A stretch of 43,689 bases of DNA, from the NCBI GenBank assembly GCA_963169515.1, contig CAUJEF010000039.1, positions 1 to 43,689 of the forward strand. Reading direction: 5' to 3'. A program made the translations under genes and the position numbers. A model generated the notes under the pieces. The model searched no databases. It was given only the letters and a program-made list of their open reading frames with translations, and was not told the origin of the DNA. Shown here in pieces: positions 8,797 through 17,546 of the stretch (positions are counted from its first letter, which is position 1; the number at the start of each line of letters is the position of its first letter). This DNA is from Bdellovibrionota bacterium. Lineage in GTDB: Bacteria > Bdellovibrionota > Bdellovibrionia > Bdellovibrionales > JAEYZS01.

Positions 8797-9624
8797 TTAT
8801 TGGTCGACAATTTTTAATTCTTGCAATGCTTTTTGAAGCTCTTCTTTGTTCGGAGCAACTCCATGCCACTTATTTACATTTTCCATAAACGAAACACCCT
8901 TGCCTTTAATCGTGTGTGCAAGAATCATCGTAGGCTTATTTTTTTCCTCACGCGCTTTTTTCAGAGCTCCCAAAATCTCGTCCATATTGTGTCCGTTGAT
9001 TTCCAAAACATTCCATTTGAACGACTCGATTTTTTGTTTGAGTGGTTCAATATCCATGACATCTTTTGTTGATCCATCGATTTGGTATTTATTAATATCC
9101 AAAAACACACAGAGATTCGACAGTTTGTAGTTTCCTGCGGACATGAAACATTCCCACGCCTGACCCTCTTGCACCTCTCCGTCACCCATCAAGCAATACA
9201 CGCGAGAACTTTTGTTATCCAGCCTGAAAGCCATCGCTATCCCCTGGGCAACAGATACCCCCTGACCCAACGACCCTGTAGATGCTTCAAGTACCGGCAT
9301 CCGGACGCGATCTGGATGGCCCTGAAACGGACTGCCCAATTGTCGCAGTGTTAGTGTTTCTTTCGGATCGTAATACCCACGGTATGCGAGTGTCGCATAG
9401 AGCGCCGGAACGCCGTGACCCTTGCTCAAAATGAAACGATCTCGATCGGTCCACATTGAATTCTTTGGATCAACTTTCATCTCGTTAAAAAAAAGAGCCG
9501 TGATAATATCAATTGCAGACAGTGAGCCTCCTGGATGGCCCGATTTTGCCTCAGTCAGCATTTCAAGAATTAATTTTCGGCTTTGCAGAGCTTGTTGTTT
9601 CAAATCTTTAACGGTCATTTGCAC
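8797..9624 (-). CDS. Transketolase N-terminal (TPP-binding) subunit
   Basis: GHPGGSLS, DRFILSKGH, TGSLGQG, GDGE...N TPP motif and KGKG..WHG. Confidence 0.93.
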   Translation of the reverse strand: MQMTVKDLKQQALQSRKLILEMLTEAKSGHPGGSLSAIDIITALFFNEMKVDPKNSMWTDRDRFILSKGHGVPALYATLAYRGYYDPKETLTLRQLGSPFQGHPDRVRMPVLEASTGSLGQGVSVAQGIAMAFRLDNKSSRVYCLMGDGEVQEGQAWECFMSAGNYKLSNLCVFLDINKYQIDGSTKDVMDIEPLKQKIESFKWNVLEINGHNMDEILGALKKAREEKNKPTMILAHTIKGKGVSFMENVNKWHGVAPNKEELQKALQELKIVDQ

Positions 9625-9685
9625 GCGGACTCCCGTGGAAAATCGATCAGATGAATTAGTGTTGTTTTACCCACGATTTATATTT

Positions 9686-9711
9686 GCGTCATTCACATTT
9701 TCGTATGACGC
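9686..9711. promoter_or_regulatory. Inverted repeat GCGTCAT-N12-ATGACGC between divergent transketolase and add (possible operator)
   Basis: Perfect 7-bp arms in the 115-bp intergenic region. Confidence 0.35.
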
Positions 9712-9739
9712 GTAAGTGTTATTTCATATATAAATACCT

Positions 9740-10735
9740 ATGGATTTAAAGGGGCTAAAAAAGGTTGAGTTACATTGTCATCTAGAGGGCGCTGTTCGAA
9801 TTTCCACGTTAACAGAACTGGCAAAGGCAAAAAAAATTGACCTCCCCTATTCCGATCCTATTAAGCTCAAAAAATCTTTGTGCGTGGTAGAGCCTCTTAA
9901 AAATTTATCTGATTTATTAGAGCGCCTACTTCGTATGCGCGACCTTCTTGACTCCGAAGAGCTTTATGAGCGTGTTACTTTTGAATATATTGAAGACTCT
10001 TTCAATCAGGGCGTGCGGTTATTGGAACTTCGCTACAATCCTGTATTTGCTGCCGAAGCAAGCCCCAGTTTAACTCTTGATCGAATTCATCGCGGAATTT
10101 TGTCTGGAATTGAAAGAGCTCAGAAAAAATACAAGATTGGCGTGGGCCTAATAGGAACCCTGGGGCGAATTCTGCCCATGAATATCGTAAAACAAGAAAT
10201 GGAGTTCATCATCGCAAACAAAGATACCTTTTGCGGAATCGACCTTGCCGATAAAGAAGATGGATTTGAGCCAAAACCATTTGCTCCTTATTTTGAAAAA
10301 GCACGTGAAGCAGGATTAAGAATTACAATTCATGCTGGCGAAATCAATGTTCCTGGCGCCTCTAAAAATGTCTATGATGCAATCACGTATTTGTATGCAG
10401 AACGCATCGGACATGGTGTTCGTATTTTTGAGGACAAAAAGGTAATGGATCTGGTAAAGGAAAAGGGAATCGTTTTGGAAATGTGTCCGATGAGCAATTG
10501 GCTTTCCTCTGCTGTAGATGGCGGACACCCGGCCCACCCTATCAAAAAGTATTTGGATTATGGAATCAAGGTCACTATTAACTCGGACGACCCAGGCCTG
10601 TTTGGGTCGTCTTTAATAGATGACTATAAAATACTGGCCGAGCACCACGGCTTCACTGAAAAAGAATTCAATCGCTGCAACCAAATTGCCTTTGATGCTT
10701 GTTTCATCAAAGACAAAGAAAAATATTGGGTTTAG
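9740..10735 (+). CDS. add: Adenosine/adenine deaminase
   Basis: ELHCHLEG, HAGE, RIGHG and NSDD metal and catalytic motifs. Confidence 0.92.
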   Translation: MDLKGLKKVELHCHLEGAVRISTLTELAKAKKIDLPYSDPIKLKKSLCVVEPLKNLSDLLERLLRMRDLLDSEELYERVTFEYIEDSFNQGVRLLELRYNPVFAAEASPSLTLDRIHRGILSGIERAQKKYKIGVGLIGTLGRILPMNIVKQEMEFIIANKDTFCGIDLADKEDGFEPKPFAPYFEKAREAGLRITIHAGEINVPGASKNVYDAITYLYAERIGHGVRIFEDKKVMDLVKEKGIVLEMCPMSNWLSSAVDGGHPAHPIKKYLDYGIKVTINSDDPGLFGSSLIDDYKILAEHHGFTEKEFNRCNQIAFDACFIKDKEKYWV

Positions 10736-10737
10736 AA

Positions 10738-11280
10738 TTAGCCTCCGAATTGGAACATGAATTGAACCATTGGAATAACCAATGTTTCTTCACGATCAGA
10801 CGTCAAGCTTGCGCCGCCGGATTTGTCATAAGTAAATTTACGATACTGAAGGACTGGCCCCACTCCCCATGACCCCGCTGAAAAAGTGTATCCAACGTCA
10901 ACGATGTAACCACTGCCATCGTAATTCGTGTTTCCCAATTCATTTTTAGAATTAAACAAATACGAAAAAGATGCGTTGAATCCACTGTCCCCAATATATC
11001 CAATCGTGCCGCCATACGAGGTTCGATCACCGTTATTGCTTGCCGCACCTGCGTCGTCTGTTTCTACATCGTAAACGCCACCAAGATACATCCCTGAAGC
11101 CATTTTATACGCCAGCTTTAAATTATAAAAAATTTCTGTTGATTCAGTTTCAGTGCCGCCATTTTCTGGTTTTACGGCTTCTGATCGATACATGATCGTT
11201 GGTGAAAACACAAAACCCTCGCCGCCAGCAGCAAACACATTCGAACTTAAAAGGGTTAGTAAAATAAAAAGTTTTTTCAT
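10738..11280 (-). CDS. Small outer-membrane beta-barrel protein (paralog 2)
   Basis: Signal peptide, alternating Gly/aromatic strands and a GGAGG RBS. Clear similarity to the adjacent gene (SGMYLGGVY vs SGLYFGGIY; YDGSGYIVDVGY vs YDGTGMLVDVGY). Confidence 0.8.
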   Translation of the reverse strand: MKKLFILLTLLSSNVFAAGGEGFVFSPTIMYRSEAVKPENGGTETESTEIFYNLKLAYKMASGMYLGGVYDVETDDAGAASNNGDRTSYGGTIGYIGDSGFNASFSYLFNSKNELGNTNYDGSGYIVDVGYTFSAGSWGVGPVLQYRKFTYDKSGGASLTSDREETLVIPMVQFMFQFGG

Positions 11281-11291
11281 ATTAAACCTCC

Positions 11292-11319
11292 AAAAAAAAG
11301 CAGCTCACATTTGAGCTGC
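11292..11319 (-). terminator. Intrinsic terminator between the two OM barrel genes
   Basis: The minus strand reads GCAGCTCA-AATG-TGAGCTGC followed by T8. Confidence 0.8.
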
Positions 11320-11325
11320 TTCTTT

Positions 11326-11357
11326 GTCCGAATACCGGACACCGGGTGCCTGGCACC
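11326..11357. repeat. Two short GC-rich palindromes (GTCCG-N5-CGGAC and GGTGCC-T-GGCACC), possibly REP-like
   Basis: Seen directly between the stop at 11359 and the terminator. Single copy in this window. Confidence 0.35.
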
Positions 11358-11358
11358 A

Positions 11359-11931
11359 TTAAAACAAAAATAGGAATTGGAGACCAAGACCCATGCTGTT
11401 GAATTCTTGTTCAACTCCAGCGACTACTGCGCCGGCCAATTTTACTTCGTCAAAGCTATAAGAAGCGTAGGAAATTTGTGGACCAAATCCCCAGTTGCCA
11501 AACATAAATGAATAGCCAACATCTACTAGCATACCTGTGCCATCATATTCTAATTTAGGGGCAGAGTTTCTTTCGCCTGATCCCATAAGCAAGTAAGAAC
11601 CGATGATATTAAAACCACTGCTATGAATCCAACCAATAGACGCGCCCATTCCTCCCATTGTCGTTTCAGATCCGGTGCCTGTGCCGATGGTAGTTGTTGC
11701 TGTGTTGTAAATACCGCCGAAATACAAACCACTGCTCATGGTGTATCCAACTTTTCCGCTGATTGATAAAAAGCTCAGTTTGCTTTCTGTGCCCGGAGTA
11801 GGCTTATCTGTGTATGTATTGTATCCGAACGACGGAATAACCGTAAAACCAGAACCGCCACCTTTTGCAAAAGCTTGGGAAGCCAAACCTAGCGCAAGGG
11901 CAAACGCTAAAACGATATTCGTAAATTTCAT
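11359..11931 (-). CDS. Small outer-membrane beta-barrel protein (paralog 1)
   Basis: Signal peptide ending AFA, amphipathic beta strands, C-terminal Phe (LQFLFLF) and an AGGAG RBS. Confidence 0.82.
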   Translation of the reverse strand: MKFTNIVLAFALALGLASQAFAKGGGSGFTVIPSFGYNTYTDKPTPGTESKLSFLSISGKVGYTMSSGLYFGGIYNTATTTIGTGTGSETTMGGMGASIGWIHSSGFNIIGSYLLMGSGERNSAPKLEYDGTGMLVDVGYSFMFGNWGFGPQISYASYSFDEVKLAGAVVAGVEQEFNSMGLGLQFLFLF

Positions 11932-12025
11932 AATAAATCTCCTATTTAAGATGTGACGCCTTCCAAAGAAAGCTCTGTCCTTTTGTTTACTTACACCTTG
12001 ATCGTTCTCTTACAGACGTGTTTTG

Positions 12026-12664
12026 TCAAGTCGTCTGCACCCGACCATTGTCCAGGTAAATAACCTTGCTCGCTAGCTCCTTAAGATCATCGTCATCGTG
12101 TGTGACCAACAGCGCCGGAATATTATGTTTAGCAACAATGCTTTTGATTAGTTTCCTCGCTTCAGTTCTAAGATGTTTATCGAGCGCCGAAAATGGCTCA
12201 TCCAGAAATAGCATCCTCGGTGAGCCAATCAAGGCTCGCATCAGGGCAGTCCTTTGTTTTTCCCCGCCAGACAAAACGCTCACGCTTTGGTCTAAAAAAT
12301 GATCTACATTCAGCAAATTTGACAGTTCCTTTAGTTTGCCTTCGGCTTCTGTTTTTGAAATATTCCGTGCGCTTGCGGCAAACATTACATTTTGTCGTGC
12401 GCTCATGTGGGGGAATAATTCTAAACCCTGAAAAACTACTCCGATCTTTCGATCGGCAGGCTTTAGCCTTGCAAGGTCTTCGCCCTTGAAAACCCACTCC
12501 ATTCCTGTTGCTTTTTCTAGCCCCAAGAGCGCTCGTACAACTGTGGTTTTTCCCGATCCATTTGGACCACACAATGCTGTCACACCCTGGTCCAACAACT
12601 CGAGCTTTGGAATTGAAATGGTAAAATTGTCATATTTAAGATACAGATTTTTGACTTCCGACAT
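12026..12664 (-). CDS. thiQ: ABC transporter ATP-binding subunit (ThiQ-like)
   Basis: Walker A GPNGSGKT, LSGGE, LFLDEPF and H-loop VTHD. Last gene of the thiamine ABC operon. Confidence 0.75.
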   Translation of the reverse strand: MSEVKNLYLKYDNFTISIPKLELLDQGVTALCGPNGSGKTTVVRALLGLEKATGMEWVFKGEDLARLKPADRKIGVVFQGLELFPHMSARQNVMFAASARNISKTEAEGKLKELSNLLNVDHFLDQSVSVLSGGEKQRTALMRALIGSPRMLFLDEPFSALDKHLRTEARKLIKSIVAKHNIPALLVTHDDDDLKELASKVIYLDNGRVQTT

Positions 12665-14075
12665 ATCCCAATCCTATAAAAAACAAATAGCAAAGGCCAC
12701 CACACAAAAGCATTGGCCAAATTAAAACGCTTGCAGATTCAATTCGGTATGAGCCAATCAGCCCTTGAATGACGAGCGCAACAGAAATATCCCTATCTGC
12801 AACGATGCTAGAAATTGCAAAGTCGCCCGTGGCCCAGAAGGCGCAAAGACCCGCCAAACGACAGGCGATCTTAAAGCATTGCGGATACAAAATTTTTGAA
12901 AATATCAAAAATGGTCCGGCCCCAAGCAAAGCCCCCATCTCAACCTGTGGGGCAAGGGCGTCCAGAACACTATACCATCGCAAACGATAAATCAGCGGAA
13001 ATATAATCAACCCAAATCCTAAAATAATTTTGAAAAAAACATTTTCTATTTCAGGCATTAACAGTAACGAAAAGCCAACCAATGCCGTGCTTGGAGCCAC
13101 GTAGGAAACAAGAATCTTTCGAATACGAAGCGAAGGGTAAAATAAGGCCAAAAAGATTAACATCCCAAGACACAAAAGCCCCGAGCCAATACCGACCACC
13201 AGCGATCCAAGAATCTGATCTGAAAACATATCCCATAAAACGGGTAGGTTTTGAATCTGCCGAACTCCTGCCGGCAAACCGAGCAAAGGGCCAGTCAAAA
13301 GCAAAGCAGAAATGAAAAGTGGAATTAAGAAACCTGTTTTGGATCCTAGAGCAGAAAAATCGCGCCATTTATAATCGATGATTGGCCTGTTCTGACGAAT
13401 AAATAACGTAAGCCCAATTAGAACTAAACTTTGAAGTGCGCTTAAACTCAACGCCTCTGACCATTGGGCCATAATTTTAATTTTTTGATAAATTAAAATT
13501 TCAAATGTCGATGCCGAAGGTCCGCCTAAAATAAGCGGAATTGCAAAGCTTGAAAAACACAGGGAAAATACAGTTATAAAGCACAAAAATAAATCTCGCT
13601 TGAGCATCGGCAGAACACCTTGCAATAAAATTTGAAATCGACTCGCGCCCTCGATCATCGCAAGCTCTACGACGCCACCCAATTGATTTTCAAATGAATC
13701 AGACAAAATAAATGCAACAAGACCCACATTGATCAGCACATGCACTATTACAATTCCTGCAACGCCGTATGGAAAAGGCTGAAAGAAATTTAGAACAGAT
13801 AAAACAACAAATATAGACGGAAGAAAGTTCGGTAACATAAAAATAAATTTAAAAATTTCACGTCGTTTGCCTGAAATTTTTAAAAGCCCTAAGGCGCCCC
13901 ATGCCCCAAAAAACAAAGATCCAGTTGCGCTCAAGAATGCCTGCCAGAGCGTTTTGAGCAATACTGGTTGAGCTTCACTCCACGACGGAAGATGTGCTTG
14001 GGGTATATGCCAAATTAATATAAGGTAAGGCAAACTAAGAATTGTAATAAAAAACAAACCGCCCAATTGAGTCAT
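12636..14075 (-). CDS. thiP: ABC transporter permease with duplicated TM domain (ThiP/FbpB-like)
   Basis: Many TM segments and two EAA-like loops (ELAMIEGAS, EMGALLGAG). ATGA overlap with the thiB stop; GTG at 14093 is an alternative start. Confidence 0.75.
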   Translation of the reverse strand: MTQLGGLFFITILSLPYLILIWHIPQAHLPSWSEAQPVLLKTLWQAFLSATGSLFFGAWGALGLLKISGKRREIFKFIFMLPNFLPSIFVVLSVLNFFQPFPYGVAGIVIVHVLINVGLVAFILSDSFENQLGGVVELAMIEGASRFQILLQGVLPMLKRDLFLCFITVFSLCFSSFAIPLILGGPSASTFEILIYQKIKIMAQWSEALSLSALQSLVLIGLTLFIRQNRPIIDYKWRDFSALGSKTGFLIPLFISALLLTGPLLGLPAGVRQIQNLPVLWDMFSDQILGSLVVGIGSGLLCLGMLIFLALFYPSLRIRKILVSYVAPSTALVGFSLLLMPEIENVFFKIILGFGLIIFPLIYRLRWYSVLDALAPQVEMGALLGAGPFLIFSKILYPQCFKIACRLAGLCAFWATGDFAISSIVADRDISVALVIQGLIGSYRIESASVLIWPMLLCGGLCYLFFIGLGYVGSQKSVS

Positions 14076-15076
14076 TGAATTAAAGAATTCCACGCATTGA
14101 AAACGACTTCCTTGTCCGGCCCGATCATTAATTCGATAACCTTAAGCTTGGGAAGCTTTGCAAAAGCTGTATCAGCTTTAATACCGTCAAGTACTGGGTA
14201 CATAAAGTTCATCATCATTATTTTTCTTTGAATCTCAGGTCGTAATAGAAATTTTACGAATTCTTCGGCTCCAGAGCAGTTGTGACAATCACTTAGGACA
14301 CCCGCAAACTCGATATGGTAAGGAACTGGGTCCCGAAACTCGGCGGCTCGATATTTAAGGTCTTTGTCATGCACCCAGTGATACACGGCAGACGTTACAT
14401 AGGAAAAAGCTAGCCGCGCTTGTTTTTTTTGAAACAGACCGTAGCCTGTGCTCCATGATGGAGTAATTGTTAAAATATTGTCTTTTATCGAACTAAAATA
14501 TGATTTTGCTTTATCGGCCCCCAGCGCCCTTACAATCCAATCTGCAAAAAGAAATCCCGGCGTACTCATCCGCGGATCATAGATTACAAGACTTTTTTGG
14601 TAGTTGATAGCGCCAAGCTCTTCTAATGTTCGCGGCGGGGGGATCTCCCCTTCTCGGTATATAAAAGTCATCGGCGCCCAATCGAATGGAACAAACTTAT
14701 CGAATGCGATTTTTTTTTCAGGAAAGTCTTTCGAATAATTTATACCCGGGGCCTTTATGTTTTTCCAATTCGTAATTTTCAAAGCTTCGTTTAAAATCAA
14801 ATGATCCAAACCGACCACAACGTCTGCTTTCGATTTATGCTTTTCAAGCTCTATTCGTTGAAGGATTGTGCGCGCATCGCCCGCATCAACCAAAGAAACC
14901 TTAACATTATTTTCAGCTTCAAAGTCTTTTACAATTTCAGGCCCCGCCCCCCACGGACTTGCAAAAGAGGAATAAGAATAAACTACGAGTTCGTGAGATG
15001 ATTGTGGAGTTTTTTGAGAGTAGTAAAACAGTGCTACCGCAAAGAGAGTCAATACAATGGCAATTAATTTTTTCAT
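14072..15076 (-). CDS. thiB: Thiamine ABC transporter substrate-binding protein
   Basis: YSSFASPWGAGP, ADVVVGLD, DPRMSTPG, WSTGYGLF, SYVTS and NFMYPV match TbpA/ThiB motifs. TGATG coupling to doxX. Confidence 0.85.
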   Translation of the reverse strand: MKKLIAIVLTLFAVALFYYSQKTPQSSHELVVYSYSSFASPWGAGPEIVKDFEAENNVKVSLVDAGDARTILQRIELEKHKSKADVVVGLDHLILNEALKITNWKNIKAPGINYSKDFPEKKIAFDKFVPFDWAPMTFIYREGEIPPPRTLEELGAINYQKSLVIYDPRMSTPGFLFADWIVRALGADKAKSYFSSIKDNILTITPSWSTGYGLFQKKQARLAFSYVTSAVYHWVHDKDLKYRAAEFRDPVPYHIEFAGVLSDCHNCSGAEEFVKFLLRPEIQRKIMMMNFMYPVLDGIKADTAFAKLPKLKVIELMIGPDKEVVFNAWNSLIQ

Positions 15077-15558
15077 CACCACCAGATTCCACGATTGCGC
15101 TTATAGAAATAATAATCCAGGCCCAGGCAACGCCCGGCGCCAACCCAGAGCAAGGTCACAAACGTGGCATTAAATGTCATATACAATATATCAAGTTGGA
15201 CTGGACTAAAGAAAACATAATGTAAACAAATTATGATCCCCAGCAAACACATTGGCCTAACTAAAAACCCTAAAATTAAAGACAAACCCACTAAAAATTG
15301 TGCCCCAACTACAAAATTTGAAAAAAATTGCCAATTTGGAAAAACGATCACTTCAAGAACCGATTTATACCAATCATAGACCTGCGTAGTCGCCAATTCC
15401 ATTTTCAGCTCTTCCACATATAGAGATGCCGTAAATAAACCATTATTGTACAGATGTGTCGCTACGTTGATCCAGTAGTAACCTAAAAAAATTCTAAGAA
15501 ATGCAATGGGAAATAAGTGTCCAACATACTTAAAGCTCTCAAAAAAGGCATAAATCAC
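15076..15558 (-). CDS. DoxX/DoxD-family membrane protein
   Basis: FLRIFLG, GLSLILGFLVR and GAGRCLGLD motifs with about four TM helices. GTG start with GGAG. Confidence 0.8.
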   Translation of the reverse strand: MIYAFFESFKYVGHLFPIAFLRIFLGYYWINVATHLYNNGLFTASLYVEELKMELATTQVYDWYKSVLEVIVFPNWQFFSNFVVGAQFLVGLSLILGFLVRPMCLLGIIICLHYVFFSPVQLDILYMTFNATFVTLLWVGAGRCLGLDYYFYKRNRGIWW

Positions 15559-15641
15559 ATCAGCTCCAGCGACCGTTTATCGAGTGAATTTATTGTGGAC
15601 TCACGAGTGCCCGCGTGTCAAATTAGATTTTGGAGGCAAAC

Positions 15642-16568
15642 TTGCAATCATTAATACTTTCACTCTTAATTTCACTTCAGGTTTTTGCTGCAGACGTACC
15701 TAAAACAACAGACTCAAAAGATGCCTCTGTCCCTGAATTGATGATTGAGATTAGAAATCGTATAAAGCGCTTCAAATGGGATAACAGTGTATTTTCACAC
15801 ACGGACTGGAAGCAACAGGGCATCACCGTCTATGGTCGTCCCTTGATTTATTGGACCTGCGGCGACAGTAAAAATCAAAACACAACGCTTGTATTGTCTG
15901 CCGTCCATGGCGATGAAGTAACCCCTGTTTATTTTGGATTTAGATTGATCGAATGGATTAAAGCACGTCCAGAGGTTTGCAAAGATTCCTTCATCGTTGT
16001 TGCTCCGATAGTAAACCCCGATGGATTTTTGCGTTATACAAACGGCACACGTACAAATTATAATAAGGTGGATTTAAATCGGAACTTCAATACTCCCGAC
16101 TGGGATAAAGATGCTTTAAAAAACTGGAAAACAAAATACAATTCCCAGCAACGCTATTTCCCTGGTCACCAACCAGAAACAGAGCCCGAAACTCGTTTCC
16201 AAAAATGGCTCATCGCTGAATTTAAGCCCACAAAAATTTTAAGTGTTCACGCGCCCTTGGACTCGCTTGATTACGATGGCCCAAACGACGTAACAAAATT
16301 TGATAAGGAATATGTAGATTCTGCGAATGCACTTCGAAAAACTTTATCCGAAGACACTTCGTCAGGAATGAAACTTTCGTCTTTCGGAACTTATCCTGGT
16401 AGTCTCGGAAATTATGCTGGAAAGATTTTAGGAATTCCGACATTAACAATTGAGTTACCCACCGCAAATTCTCAGCTCGCTGGGGCATATTTTGGAATGC
16501 TTGAATCGAGCTTTAAGAACTTCCTACAATACAACCTAAAAATTGCACCAAAAATCACACAACAATAG
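15642..16568 (+). CDS. mpaA: Secreted M14 zinc carboxypeptidase, murein peptide amidase A-like
   Basis: HGDE, NPDG, DLNRNF, SVHAP, PGSLG and TIEL motifs. Signal peptide; TTG at 15642 follows GGAGG. Confidence 0.78.
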   Translation: MQSLILSLLISLQVFAADVPKTTDSKDASVPELMIEIRNRIKRFKWDNSVFSHTDWKQQGITVYGRPLIYWTCGDSKNQNTTLVLSAVHGDEVTPVYFGFRLIEWIKARPEVCKDSFIVVAPIVNPDGFLRYTNGTRTNYNKVDLNRNFNTPDWDKDALKNWKTKYNSQQRYFPGHQPETEPETRFQKWLIAEFKPTKILSVHAPLDSLDYDGPNDVTKFDKEYVDSANALRKTLSEDTSSGMKLSSFGTYPGSLGNYAGKILGIPTLTIELPTANSQLAGAYFGMLESSFKNFLQYNLKIAPKITQQ

Positions 16569-17237
16569 TTACGCGTGAACGGCGACACCAATCTTTGGAC
16601 ATAATTTATTTACAATGCAACTAGAACACTTTGGTTTTCGTGCGACACACGTTTGTCGCCCATGAAAAATCATGATGTGGGAAAACTGCGTCCACGTTTC
16701 TCTGGGTATGATTTCTGCCAATTCATATTCTAACTTAACGGCATCCTCGCCCTTAGCAAGTCCCATTCGATTGGACACGCGCATAACGTGCGTGTCTACG
16801 ACCAATCCTGGAATATCGAACGCATTGCCAAGCAAGACATTTGCTGTTTTTCTACCCACGCCAGGCAGGGCGGTCAATTCATCCATCGTTTTGGGAACCT
16901 CTCCTTTAAACTCCTTAACTATTTTTTCAGAGGCACCCTTAATATTTTTGGCTTTGTTCTTGTAAAAGCCAGTCGATCGAATCAAATCTTCGATTTTTTC
17001 GATCGAAGCTCCTGCGAACTCTCTGGGGGTTGAGAGCGCGTTGAACAAAATTGGCGTTACTTTGTTCACTCGCTCGTCAGTGCATTGGGCAGAAAGAATT
17101 GTTGCAACCAAAAGTTGAAAAGGATTTTCATGTATCAACGCGCACTTGGCATCGGGATATCTTTTTTGAAGTAGTTTTATTATTTGAATCGCGCGTTTTT
17201 TCTTTTGCTCCATTGACTCTTTAGGCTTCGCCATCAT
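16569..17237 (-). CDS. nth: Endonuclease III
   Basis: LSAQCTD, HhH motif LPGVGRKTA, VDTH and the 4Fe-4S motif CVARKPKCSSCIVNKLC. Confidence 0.96.
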   Translation of the reverse strand: MMAKPKESMEQKKKRAIQIIKLLQKRYPDAKCALIHENPFQLLVATILSAQCTDERVNKVTPILFNALSTPREFAGASIEKIEDLIRSTGFYKNKAKNIKGASEKIVKEFKGEVPKTMDELTALPGVGRKTANVLLGNAFDIPGLVVDTHVMRVSNRMGLAKGEDAVKLEYELAEIIPRETWTQFSHIMIFHGRQTCVARKPKCSSCIVNKLCPKIGVAVHA

Positions 17238-17457
17238 TACCTATTGCCTCAACCGGGCAACTGTCCATGGCCTCTTTACAGGCAGCCTCTTCTTCTGGCG
17301 AATTGGGCTGCTTTGTAACAAATGCGTGGCCGTCATTTTCGTCTATAGAAAAATTCGTCGGGGCCGCACAAACACAAGCGTCACAAGAAATGCACGTTTT
17401 ATCGACGTAAAACTTGCCGTTAACATTTTCTTTCCATTTGTCAGTTTTATTTGCCAT
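17221..17457 (-). CDS. Single-cluster ferredoxin
   Basis: CISCDAC and CPVEAI motifs. Overlaps the nth start. Confidence 0.9.
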   Translation of the reverse strand: MANKTDKWKENVNGKFYVDKTCISCDACVCAAPTNFSIDENDGHAFVTKQPNSPEEEAACKEAMDSCPVEAIGNDGEA

Positions 17458-17546
17458 GGCACCTATTCTTATACGGTTTTCAGGCTTAGGTCGAGTCTTT
17501 TCAAAGATTTAGCCCCATTCTCGGACAGATATTTTATACTATCTCC

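Noticed and set aside
15559..15641. TPP riboswitch upstream of the thiamine ABC operon
   Set aside because: The spacer is short and the conserved riboswitch motifs are not visible on the minus strand.
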